Assembly: GCA_964199315.1 (NCBI GenBank)
Contig: OZ116699.1
Coordinates: 34,782,001-34,846,000, forward strand
Direction of reading: 5' to 3'
DNA length: 64,000 nt
Source: Orbicella franksi
Lineage: Eukaryota
Shown: piece by piece, positions 45,780 through 58,692 of the stretch
Numbering within the stretch: position 1 is the stretch's first letter
How the letters are laid out: every line of letters starts with the position of its first letter
Position numbers and translations under genes: made by a program
The notes under the pieces: model-generated
What the model was told of the DNA's origin: nothing
The model's input: only the letters and a program-made list of their open reading frames with translations
The model's database searches: none

Positions 45780-46379
45780 GCTGCAGATAACATTCTGCTC
45801 ATGCGTAATTCTAACCACGCTCTTGGGTGAAAAATGGCGGACTGTTTTTCTAGAACTCTGAGCTGTCAGAGAGTGATTTAAATATGAAACGACGAACCTG
45901 GTGACATCACGAGCCAGAGCTAACCGGAAGCTCAAAAATTCGCCAGGTCTGGCTGCTATGGGGTGACGTCATTTATCTGTTAGGTTGCTGTCATCGCAAG
46001 ACTTTTGCGGTTCTATTCAAGAAATAAAACAATTATTGAACACTTCGGTAAATAATTGATCTGCTCCCCACGAACAAATCACGACTATTTTGCTAGACCT
46101 CGTCCAATAATTGCAAAAATATTCGTGTTATATTCTCCAATTTCCAAATCCTGTTCCTCAAAGCTCAGAGTTTACTTCAAGCTTCGCTCTCTGAAAACTG
46201 TTCGGAAAAGATGTCCGTGGACAAATATCCGAACGTATTGTCGCGCCAAATCGAGGCTATTTTTTACATTTCAACAACTTTCGTATTTTTTCTTATAAAC
46301 GAAAAACCACCTCCATGAATCAATTTATTCTGCCAAAGTTAGGAACCCGTTGCAAAGTTATGAAAATATTGGACCACAA

Positions 46380-46628
46380 ACTTTCCATGTGGAACGCTGC
46401 CCTCACAACAATTTCATGAGATCCGTTTACCGACTTTACCGGAAGAAGACATTTACTGGCCTCTACACTAATTCAGACTCATGTATATATCTTACAAAAT
46501 CATTCTCGTCAGCACGCTTGCCTATCGGTTTTTTTTGCAGAATTTGCCCCTCGCCACTATCGCTGCAAGCCGATCTTAAAATCTCAGAAAGCCGTTTCTG
46601 CTGCAAAATGGTTACCCTCAAAGTATGA
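46380..46628 (+). mobile_element. Penelope-like element RT thumb fragment (degenerate)
   Basis: FHVERCPHNNFMRSVYR..YRKKTFTGLYTNSDS...CRICPSPLSLQADL matches the Penelope-type motif VYRKxTFTGLYxxWDS...CxRICS; frameshifted. Confidence 0.75.
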
Positions 46629-47094
46629 CTACGTGCAAGTCAACGATGTATTAGACAAAGATAAAAAACAAGCCAACCAATCCTCTTCCTACAGTTCCTA
46701 AAAAAAAGAGACATCATTCATTATTCGGATACCTTACTTAGTGCTACTTGGGTCATACAGGTCTTCACAGCGACCAAGTCACAAAACGTCTGAAATCCTG
46801 TGAGTACAACTTCTACTCTTTCGTACACGTCAAGATCATATTACCATGCATGAGAACAGGGCGGGTTTAACACACAAAATAATACACCGTGTACAGTAAT
46901 TGTAGGGTACGGGTGTATGGAAGGGTAGCCTGTACAATTATTCAGAGCTACTGACCACTGCCAAGTCAGTGATATTTATGTAATTAGGCTAACTTGCGAT
47001 CAGGCGTTTTCTTTTTTCCTGGTTAGAATATAAGGGAGGGTGGGTATGATCGCAGGTTATATTTTTGCCAAACCTGAACGACAATTAAGCTAAC

Positions 47095-47328
47095 CAGGGG
47101 CTCGTTCCTCGAAAGCCCCGGAAACTTTTCGGGCCCGTAAAGCCATTTTCAGTCCATCTGTGTCTAAAAACGGAGAAGTGTATTCACCTGAAACTTCTTG
47201 TATGAAGGAAACTTCTCTTCATATTAAGAATATGTGAATAAAGCAGCTCTGTAATCGTAAGGTTCGAGATTTTGCTATGACTTTACGGGCCCGAAAAGTT
47301 TCCGGGGCTTTCAAGAAACGGGCCCCTG
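47095..47328. mobile_element. 234-bp MITE with about 48-bp TIR
   Basis: CAGGGGCTCGTTCCTCGAAAGCCCCGGAAACTTTTCGGGCCCGTAAAG vs CTTTACGGGCCCGAAAAGTTTCCGGGGCTTTCAAGAAACGGGCCCCTG. Confidence 0.85.
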
Positions 47329-48408
47329 AGCGTTATTTATGCTAACTAACCGTGGTGTCATTTCGCCTTTTCTTATCTTACTGACACGCCATCCAGAACA
47401 CACGCCGTATCGATTTGTCTCCCTATACAAGGATCGCCTTATTAAACCGTTCCCAGATGTCCAAAGCAATCTACCAAGCCGGTTGCTGGAACTAAAATGA
47501 AATTTACATTAGCACAACAAAACGAAAACTCCATGAAAGAGAAAATGACCATTTCAAAGACTTCGCTAAAAGTGACCATTCATCCGGGAGTCAGCCATTG
47601 CTGATTATGTTAAAACAACTGATTACAGCTTAAAATAGCGTCATTTTGACTTTTTAGTGTCTGGCAAAACTGACTTTCATTGGAAAATTAGGGATTCATC
47701 CAAGAGCAAAGGTCTTCTCTGAGTATAATATAACCTCAGCAGCGAGAAGCTGCTGTTTTATTAACTGTAACTTCTCATGAAGTACATTCGGGTTTAAGAA
47801 CGGTGCCCACTTTTGTTAGTGCGCACACGTTCTGCGCATCACGCAAACCATGGTTGAAGCGCCACGCGCGCTGGGGTTGACATTGACGCAATCTTATCAA
47901 CTACGCTACAATGCAAGTACATGACTAAAATGAAAGCAAAATTTTCCTACTGTGACCAGGTCAAGTAAAATGGACCTGTACTTAAACCAGGAACACCAGA
48001 ATAGTAGCATATCACTAACCACTAACTGTTAACATCTTCCAGCTGAAAAACTAGCTGTTTGCTGTCCAAAATTATACTGTAAACATGTACCTGCAGATGG
48101 CGTAGTGCGCTCGTAAAACATGTGCAAGATACGCAAATGTTTTACGTAATAGGGGGTGACAGAAAAAAAATGTAACGGGCACCGTAAAAGTTTTCAAAAA
48201 AGATCAATATCTGAAAAAAACACGTGGTTACCCCTTCATTTTATGTTATGAAATGGAAGTGGCGAGCCAATTCAACACGTGATTAGTTTCTGGTTGTGAG
48301 CAAAAGATATATATAGACTGTATTTTAGCTGAACCAGAGGAAAGCTGTCAGAGACGCTAAACTTAGAGCTTTGTCGCAACGATTTTGTCGTTAAAAACAT
48401 ATCAAAAA

Positions 48409-48660
48409 TGATAAGTTAATAAAGATGGTGAATTTTAAGCTCGGTAATGAAATGTGAAAGTGAATTAATCAACATGACACGAGCGTGGGACAAAGAAACA
48501 TTCTGAGTCCCCGACAGGAATCGAACCCATGACCTCCCGAACACCGTGCGGGCGCTCTATCCACTGAGCTACGAGAACTCGTGGAGAGCAAGGTCATTTA
48601 ACTGAGTTCATATATGACAGGTTACCGAGCTTAAAATTCACCATCTTTATTAACTTATCA
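48409..48660 (-). mobile_element. tRNA-derived SINE-like unit bracketed by a perfect 39-bp inverted repeat
   Basis: Minus 48576-48508 has A box TAGCTCAGTGGATAGAGC and B box GGTTCGATTCC. 48409-48447 is the exact reverse complement of 48622-48660. Confidence 0.8.
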
Positions 48661-48780
48661 CTACTCACGATGACTTCGATAGCGTTGATCCTGTGCCTTC
48701 TTTCGAGTGTTGCGCAATATTGCGAACCGGTTTCGAGTGTCGAGGAAGCTTATCGTGGACTATAGCGCATACTGAAGTTG

Positions 48781-48974
48781 TTTATTTAAAGTTCGAAGTC
48801 AGTGTTAATGGCATTTAAAAACCTTGTAGACATGTCTTCACGAATGTGTACGACTTTTCGAGGCAGCTTACCGAAGACCGCTGCGGATAAGTTTTTTATT
48901 TAAGTTCGAAGTCAGAGTTAGTGGCATTTAAAAACCTTGTAGACATGTCTTCACGGAATGGGTACGACTTTTCG
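48781..48974. repeat. About 80-bp direct repeat, two copies about 114 bp apart
   Basis: TTTATTTAA(A)GTTCGAAGTCAG...GCATTTAAAAACCTTGTAGACATGTCTTCACG...GTACGACTTTTCG occurs twice. Confidence 0.9.
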
Positions 48975-49370
48975 TACGAACAGAAGGCTGTAGTTTGGCT
49001 GCGTGTTGTGTACCCACTTCTCTTCGACCGAAACCAATGCTGCTTTTTGCTGAATAAATCAAAGGAGGAAATGAGATTCACTTCGCTGCCTAGATTTCTG
49101 TGCGCAAACTATGTAACGTAAACCCAACGAAAGTGTTTAAATGGGATATGAGTTCAACTCCCACAGGGTTGCTTTGGTACACGAACATGTCCTCCGTTTC
49201 ATTGTTTCGGAAGTGAAAGTGCCCTGTAGCTGTTACCTCAAAGCCAAGGCGATTCAAAGTCGTGTTCGTAAACAAGATAATTGTCCTAGTTTTGGTACTA
49301 AAAGCACGTCGTCTCGCATACCGACGCAACAAACATGGTTGGTGTCGATTTACACAGTCAGTGACATGCA

Positions 49371-49436
49371 CTGTGGACTGCGGATTGCTGACTGCGGACT
49401 GCGGACTGCAGACTACGGACTGCAGACTACGGACTG
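49371..49436. repeat. 7-bp minisatellite (ACTGC(A/G)G-type)
   Basis: Directly visible tandem GACTGCG/GACTGCA/GACTACG units. Confidence 0.9.
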
Positions 49437-49444
49437 GGTATAAG

Positions 49445-49845
49445 ACACAGATTTATGTATAATATTACACAATACATGTATAAACGAAAACAAACCCTCT
49501 CGTACGCACGTTCTTTGCGATCAATTCATTTGTTTTTGCCCCTACCGAAGCGAGACCAATTTCACGCCTACCTAACAGCTCAGGCACAAAATGCTTTCTA
49601 TAGAATTTTTGTGATTTTTTTAACATACCAAGTCTACCTAACAGCTCAGAAAACACAGATTTATGTATAATATTACACAATACATTTATAAACGAGAACA
49701 AACCCTCTCGTATGCACGTGCTTTGCGAGCAATTCATTTGTTTTCGCCCGTACTGAAGAGAGACCAATTTCACGCCTACCTAACAGCTCAGCCCACAAAA
49801 TGCTTTCCCTAGAATTTTTGATTTTTTTAACATGCCAAGCCTACC
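49445..49845. repeat. Tandem duplication, 208-bp period
   Basis: ACACAGATTTATGTATAATATTACACAATACAT... starts at 49445 and again at 49653; the units align nearly end to end. Confidence 0.93.
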
Positions 49846-52800
49846 AAAACTCGAACGCACTCTTTAATATGCGATTACTACTAGTCTTATTTACTTACAT
49901 TGAATTCAGGACAGTAGAGTTTTTCCCGCCCACTAAATCCTGATTGGTCAATTTAAATTTCAGGCGCGTCAGCCATGTGCAAGGTAAGACCTGTAATAAC
50001 AACTATCGATATAAGTAGTTGTCCGAAAATTGTCACCGGTCACTTTTAAAAATGTATGTTTCCCAGAGCATAGAAAACGTCAAGTTTATTATAAAAATGC
50101 GTCGGTGTACAATGTTTATCACCGCTGTTTGTGTTATATTTTTACTCTAACCTGGCTTCATTTCAAAATAATTGTCTCGTCGTAACAAGAAAAACAAATT
50201 CGCCAGTGTTGACTGTTTTTAGCACAAGCTTTTTCGCAGTCCCCTCCCTCGCCTTCTCCTCCTGTTTGTTTTTGTTATTGTTTTTGCTCTCGTCCCAATT
50301 TTCGCTAGGTTAGATAGTGGGAAACTCTTTGCTTGCAAGGGAAGACTTGCTACCCAGGCTACAAGCCACCAGTTTCAGACGATTGCAAGTACAGACCGCG
50401 TTTTCCCCTCAGGAAAAGCCCTTTCTTTAGTCTTAGGGAAAGCTTTCCTAGCTACCTTGAACGCTAGCTTGAATTACATCATAGGATCACCCGAGCTTTG
50501 TACACTGAACAGACGGATTTTTTCCCCGGCAGCTGAGAGGCTGTTCTCACAGGTTTATCATATGGTTTAGGTATATCTAATTTTAATACACTAAAGGAAA
50601 CAGCTGTGAGAAAAGGCTGTTGGCTTTTTTCTGCACTGCAGTACATCTGTTAATTGTACATATCCTGTGTTCGTAAATAGGAAAGACACATTCACTCCGC
50701 ATGATGTTGGCAGAGCTTTGCAACCAAGGGCAAGTAGTAAATATATTTGTGATATGTAAAGTTTTCTTTTGCTAATCATAGAACAAAATCTGGGACTTAG
50801 TTGAAGCATGAAGTTTTTACTATTTTATAAAAAGATCACGCGCTATGTAACATATAAACCCATCCCATTTCGACTCGCTCATAATCACACTTCAGTAAGC
50901 TAGTTCAAAACCTGCTGAACTGGTCTTCTAGAGTACAGTTGTCTGTACTCTTTTTGTTGGTTGAGGACTTCAGTTTCGCTAGGCCAACTTCTTTATCGGT
51001 CACTAACAGATGGATATTGTTTGTAGCCCTGTCGTTACCATGGCAACTGAGTTCATATACCGTACTGCTTCACAGTCAGTTTCATAATATGGGACTGTTC
51101 AAAAATAAAACTGCCGAGGCGTCGGGTTTATTTTTGTCCATTATGACCTCATGGATCCAACATGCATTGATTTAAAACAGACATATATTTCGCTTTAAGA
51201 CGATAAAAGTATTCAGTGAACTTCAGTTGGCGAGAAACCCAGACGACTCCACTTATTAACAGACAAAGTCCTCGCGGAAGGTAACTGTAAAACTTCTATT
51301 TCCCACTATTTTTGACCATCTTTTTAACTACCGTTACATGTACGCTTTTAAGAAATGTGTGCGAGAAAAGTGAATTTTTATTAGCTGTAAATTACTCTTA
51401 TAATGAGCTAAACCAAACTGGTGCTGACCTCAAAAGTTGCATGGGTGACGAAATTTTTGCGCAGACTTAGTAAAACCCCTTTCCAATCTCTTCTCATCTT
51501 TTGTCATATGCTGGCTTGGTTGAGGTCTTCTCGTGTCAGTTCTAAGTGACTTGCCTTATTATGTTGGGGCCGAACTTGTCAGTTAAGGTTGGCAAACTTG
51601 ATACCGTTCAAACTGGAAACCTTTCAGGTGACAATGCCTTTTTTGGTAACACACGCTGAAAGTGCTGTCCGCTCGGATGGAGTGAGGATTTTATCTTGTA
51701 AAACAGTAGTGACGCTTGCAGCGCAGGGGGCGCATCTGCTTTGCGTTTTTCATGTTTTTCTTCGTCATTACCCGAAAAAAGGAAAATTCAATTGTTTTGC
51801 CAAAAGTGCTTCGGGTGCAATTCGAAGGTGATGTAAGCAAAATTCGCCCTCACTTTGAAACTCACTGACGCAAAATCATAGTTCTTGACTGAACTGTATC
51901 CCTTGCAAAAATTGCGATATTCCTCGAATTTGTATAAAAGGCGTTTTTCTCAGGCTACTGACGGCCTAGCTCTCTGGTGGAGCTGGTTAATCTCACTTCC
52001 AGCGTTAAGGTTGTTAGTTCCGGATATCTCGGGGAAAAATTTCACTATATTAATTTAAAACTGGCATTCGTCGAAGAAAACTTCATCGTCAATCGTTAAA
52101 AACCGGTTCTACATCCGGTAAGGATAGTTGAGTTCAACTAGGAAATCGTTGTAGTTTGAACTGGAAATTGCCCACATAGGAATTTGTTTTGCGCCGGTGC
52201 AGTCGAGCCTGAGCTGACTGAATAAGAAGGTTGACATTAATTTCCGAAAAATCAGCAATAGTTTCAGAAATTGAGTTTACAAAATTCATTCCTAAGGCAG
52301 TTAACTTATCTATCGTAAGTTCTAGAAGGTTGTATCGACTTTCCTGGGTCGTCATTCTCAGACTTCTCAGGGGCTCATCTGCTGAAAACAAATTTAGCTC
52401 CTGTCAAACTCTTACGTAATGTGTTCTCTTGTATGAAGTCTACACTACATTGTTGTTTGAGCGTTTCTGTTTTTTTTTTTAATTATTTTTTTTATTTTTT
52501 ATTTTTATAAAAAGCAAATTGACGCTAGTTCTTTTGTGTACGTCCTCTTACCTCTTACTGACAATGAATTTCGTTAAAGCAATGTAAGTGTACATTTTTT
52601 TTCGCTTCTCTTTGTAATAATATATGTCTTGCGAGTTGTCTATGGGTGTCAGTGTCCAGCTCGAAAGCTGAAGCTACTTTGGTCACTGAGCACATCTCAA
52701 TTTGCTTTTAGTGAGTTGAACGCTTTTTCCATTTCTAAATTCTTCCTGTTAATGGTGTAATATAATCATCGTAAGATTTGTAAACAGTGCCAATGGAAAA

Positions 52801-54503
52801 AAAATAGAAAACCTGAGATCCGCGTTCACGTTACACCTGAGAAATTTAAAAAAGACCTTTCCAGAGAAAGATCGACGTTTTCACTCTGAATAGGCATCAT
52901 ATGTTTTCCGTCTACGCTACGCCAGAAAAATAACAGTTATCTGTACTCTTTTCGCTGGTTCCAGTTGAAAAAGAAAACATCACCGGTCATTCTGGATTTG
53001 TGTTTGAGGAGAGCTTGGAAAGAGAACTCACATGATTATTGTGAAGTCACTAAGCCAGTTACTACAAATGTAACTCACTGGCCAGAAGTCTTTCAGTCAC
53101 TGCTGACCGACAACACGCTGGTTTCATAGGCCCACTGTAATTACCTTTGTCGCGTCTCCAACATGAAGTAATTTTATCAGATCATTAGGAATTGTTTAGA
53201 AAGACCACGGAAGACAGGAAGAAACCTTTGTTCGCGAAAACATAATAAGCGTATTTACTTGAGCCGACGGACTAGACTACGCACGTCTAGGTATAAAAAC
53301 GGAATATAAGACACATTAAATATCAGTCGAGTTTTACAATTTTATACGCCAGGAAGACGCAAAAAAAACAGATGCACTATACGTCTCAGACAGATTTTTC
53401 GTAAGTAAATTCGAGATGCATAAAACTGGACGAACTTACCTGACCCGGGACTGGGGTTTGAGCAAAATCTGGGCTGTGAAATGAGATTTATACCCCCACC
53501 CACCCTCTTCCCCCCACTTCAGGAACTTTGAAATAGCCCCATGTTTCGGAAAAGACAAGCCAGTTTAGTGAAAGTGATCGTCTTGGTATATATGGAACAT
53601 GTTTCATTTAAGTTTAGACTTGTTTTCGTTATCTTGACTGTTTTCTTGAAGGTTATCGTGAAGCTTTCATTATGTTTCATGGCAATGTAAGAACTTATCA
53701 TAGTCATTCAGGACCATTTTGGCAAGAGTGCCACTTATCCTGTTTAAATATTGAATTATTTATTATTTTTCATTAACCACGGAGAGACTCGTTGTGAGCA
53801 AAGACGCGTCATATGTGTCACGCGTTCTGCATACTATCAGCACAGTTAGGATCAGCAAAGTTTGATAGCGTCCTGTGTGGAGATAAATAATGAAAAAAAA
53901 AAAAAAATGAGAAATGGAGAAGAAAATGTGGCTTAATGTGGTCGGTGGGTAGAATAGACAGAGGCACTCCGGCCTGGACTCAGACTCACGCGCTAACTCG
54001 CCATCAGGCACCGTGCCTCCACAGGCAGGTTGTTCGATTTTAGTGCCAGCCATACAAACGACTGCCAGTAAATGCTTTTCAACTGGAAATATCTCTTTCA
54101 GTCTATTCAACGAGCTCCTCTATTCGTGTTTATTGATTTATCGCAGCTGCAAGTTTGCCAGACTTTATTTATTTTTGACAAGTCGATGCTAATATTAATT
54201 ATATGAGAAAATCAAGCAACACCGATGTAAACAAAGTTCACTCAGAACGCATAATTTTTGATAATCATCACACAAATACAGCCGCCTCTGGTCGCTCTCG
54301 GCCAATTTGGTGTTTCACGCAAACTTCGGCTCGGCTAGTCATATTAGCAAGTGGCCTACCATGTCAGACGGGGAAGAGCAAGTAGTTTTGAAGGGGGTGG
54401 GGTAGTGTTTATGCTGAAACATTTGCGCATGCACGTTGCAGTCTTGTCGTTTTGTCGTGACATCGTGCGGGCTCTGTTGAACGTTTATATGCATGTGATT
54501 TGA

Positions 54504-55313
<810 letters not shown>

Positions 55314-58254
55314 GTAGGTTTGACAATGTAGCGTTCGCTTGATGTCAGTGTTTATATGCTGTTTGTAGTTAGCGGCCCCGAGCAAAGGCGCCGTGTTTTG
55401 ATGGCGTCTTTTTCCCCTGTTTATTCTGTAATGCTCAGCGCTTGTATGCCCAATTCATTTCCAATTTTTGATGGCAAGTATTTGTTTAAGGTATTGTCAA
55501 TGATGTCTCCAGCGAGCCTTTGAAACAGACAAAAGCTACTATGGGTTTCGATTTGCAATTATATTCATGGCGATAGCTTTGTTCAATTCCAGACTCTCTG
55601 TCTGCTCTGAAACACGTGGTCTGTCCATCTTTTTGTTTTCATTTGCGGAGTAAATGCCTGAGTGGAAGCAGACAATAGCCTCAATCGTTCCCCTTCCTTT
55701 GTTGAATATTTGCATCATTTGTTCGAGAACGCTTCGAGTTCGGTTCTGAAATATTCCACCGAGAACTTGTTGGAACGTAAATCATTAAAAGACAAAAGAG
55801 AGCCTAATAACGAAGGTGCTAAGAGTTGCTAAACAAGGAAATTAAATGTACACGGTGTTGTCACGACATACTAGGGGATCCATTCACGTTTATTGTTCCC
55901 ACGATGATTCCACAAGTACATCTTTTCAAATTACAAAAGCGTGTATTACTTTATTGCTTTTACACTTATTTTAGCAATCAGAATTCTTTAACAAAAAGGG
56001 AAAGATTTTTTTCTACCTGTGGAAAGGTAAAATTATCTATTGGAAAGCTAAGATAACCTACTGTGTAATTCAAACGTTAACGGCGCTGATTATGTTTTAA
56101 ATACTTTTTTCGAATTAAACGATCGAGCGTCTTTATTATTTTTCTGTCTTTTAATTTATTTACTCTTGACATATCTATTATTATTGTTTTTGTGAGGGTT
56201 TCAGATTCTCTTGAATGATTCATAGCTTAAGCGAAGAATAGAATAAAGAATAGAAAACCTGATCTTAAAAAAATATATTTGTAGTTCCTTTCAGGGGGTG
56301 TTGTTTGTTCTGGGTATCAATTATCACATAGCCCATTTGTTTTCAAGACTTTAACTGATATAACCAAATAATATTTCCAACACTATTCAAACAGTTGTCA
56401 AGGTCAAAAAAATATTGGAAAAAGTTCAAGTTTGTAAATAAATAATAATTATTTATTGGCATGACCTTTTTAATAGATACAACTGGTCGCAATTTAGTTT
56501 GGCAATTCAATTTAATTCCATGTAGGGTGGAAGGTAGTTGTAAATTAAACAGCCTTGGACTTTGGGTTATAATACATGTAGTTGATCCACTGATGTCGTG
56601 CTAAGTGAAACAATTTTTAACAACAGGTAAAATTGTATGTACCTGGCTGAAAAAATGAAATGCAATTGTTGTTTCATCAAGATTAGAGAGCATGTGCAGT
56701 TTATAGATACCAAATAAGAGGAAATATTCATTTATGATATATGTTTCAATCCCGCTCCTACTGATCACCAATTAAGCTCTGATCTCAGGTTCTTTGCCTG
56801 GCTGCCCAGCTTATAGAAAGGCACCTGTTGTTGCTAGTAAAATTCTTATTGTTTATAGATCTTCAGCTGATTGGCTTTGTTTTTGGCTCAGAGCTTGTTC
56901 TCAAAAAGGTGAACTTGAACTTGAATTTACAGCCTGGCTGATGAAAAAGTGATTCAGTGGTGGAAATTCTAAATGAAACTGCTTTACAAGCTAAATGAGA
57001 GTGTTTCTTTAGGTAAAACCAGTAAAAGCTGGTTTGTTTGGCTTAGACATTATAATATTATTATTTAGCATATCGTATTGGATATTGGCTTGTGAGCTTA
57101 GGCCAAGGTCAACGTGCTCTGGGCTTGGGCAGTTAGGCACTTTTGATATCTTTTATAGCCTGATATAGTACCTCTTTTCACAGGAAGAAATCCTCTGATA
57201 GACATCCTTCTTGTAACAGATGCATTATAACTGAAACTAATCAGCAATGCGAACCATCAGGCTTTTGTTCATAAAGATCTCTTGTTATTACAAAAATGAC
57301 ATTCAGGTCCATTTGTAAATTGCTTGTCATGGCTTCAAGACATCATTCTACAAATGTTTAACATAAATTGTGAAAAAATCATTTATGAAAAAAGATATAA
57401 AAAATTTAGCACAGCCAAATTAGCATAATTTTGGAGATAACTCTATCAGTTTTTGGCTAAAGCTGTATATAAGCTAGCTCTGTTGTTCTTGGCTGCATAC
57501 ATGTTATATAAATTTTGAGAACAGGTGTGAAAGGACCACAGGACATGGCAAAATACATTTGAAGTGTGGGCCATTTTACTTCTTATTAAATGGATCAAAT
57601 TTCAGAATTTTTTTAGTTTAAAAGATGTGAGCATTCAGGTGAAGAATTTACAGTGTTTCTTTGAGTGATAATGAGATCAGTTCATCCTTTTTTTTTTCTG
57701 TTGGGAAATGGGTCTAATGTTGTTTAAACACAAATATGTATGGTCATTTTTACAGGGTATAAAATTTTCAGAAGCATAAATATATGCACATATGAACATT
57801 GCTTAACACCAAAATAAAATTATGTTCATTTGTATTTGTTGAATGCAGATAGATAGTACAGAACATAAATTTTTTATAACTTTAGCAGATATTCTGAATG
57901 TCTCAGAAGATTCTCAGTAGCCAACAAAAATTTCACTTCTGTTTATATTTCTGTCATTTCAATTTCAGCTCAACTTTTCCCATTAAAATTCACTTGCCTG
58001 TTGGGCAACTCGTAACCTGACTGGAAAATCCATTTACAAGCCCTGGGTTATTAAGCAAAACTCTCTTTGCAGCTAGGGATGTTTAGTTCTAGTCTGTGGT
58101 TTAAAAATCCTCCAATTTGTTAGTGGTCTAATTCCTATTGTCTCAACACTGTACGATGTTGACTGAGGGCCCATCTGTATGGGCTTGGGTTTCTGAGACA
58201 ACCCTTCATCTGAATTGCCCTGGCCAAGCTAACTTTTCAGTTATTACTTTGAAG

Positions 58255-58692
58255 AATTCAACCAACCATTTACATGAAGATCTCGAACCTGTCTTGGGAG
58301 GTAAGACAACTCGGGTGGGCGAGTTGTCTTGTCTCGGCAGGAAGGGTAACTCTTACAGGTGGGGCAACTTTCTTTTATAAACACTTTGACTCGCCTTTGA
58401 CTCTCAGTGTGGTAAGTGTCACATAATGCTTAGATTTTAGGATTTAAAGCAGAAATTTGTATCAAAGAAGTAAAATTTAACTCAGCAAAATGCACTGTGA
58501 TAAAATGACTGAGGGAGACTCCAAGTAAAAGGGATATTTCTACATTTGAATATTTAATAAGGGTTGTGGATAGTCATGTAGGATCGATTTTGACTTGGCC
58601 AACAGGGGTGACTTTTTGACATATAAACAGGCGATGAAGTTGCCCCAGGGAAGGGTTGTCTTAAGTACCCGAGACCATATAAATGGGGCCTG
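58255..58692. mobile_element. Degenerate MITE in SMAD4 intron
   Basis: CCATTTACATG ... CATATAAATGGGGCC imperfect TIR with repeated GGGCAACTT/AAGTTGCCCC motifs. Confidence 0.45.

Noticed and set aside
48508-48576. tRNA gene
   Set aside because: A and B boxes are present, but the acceptor stem and anticodon arm do not pair properly; it is a SINE head.
50930-50956. 9-bp hairpin plus T-run resembling an intrinsic terminator or Helitron end
   Set aside because: Eukaryotic context, and the spacing to CTAG does not fit a Helitron 3' end.
55387-55410. GGCGCC near GTCT as an autoregulatory Smad/BMP element in the SMAD4 intron
   Set aside because: Spacing does not match GRCGNC-N5-GTCT, and such hexamers are common by chance.
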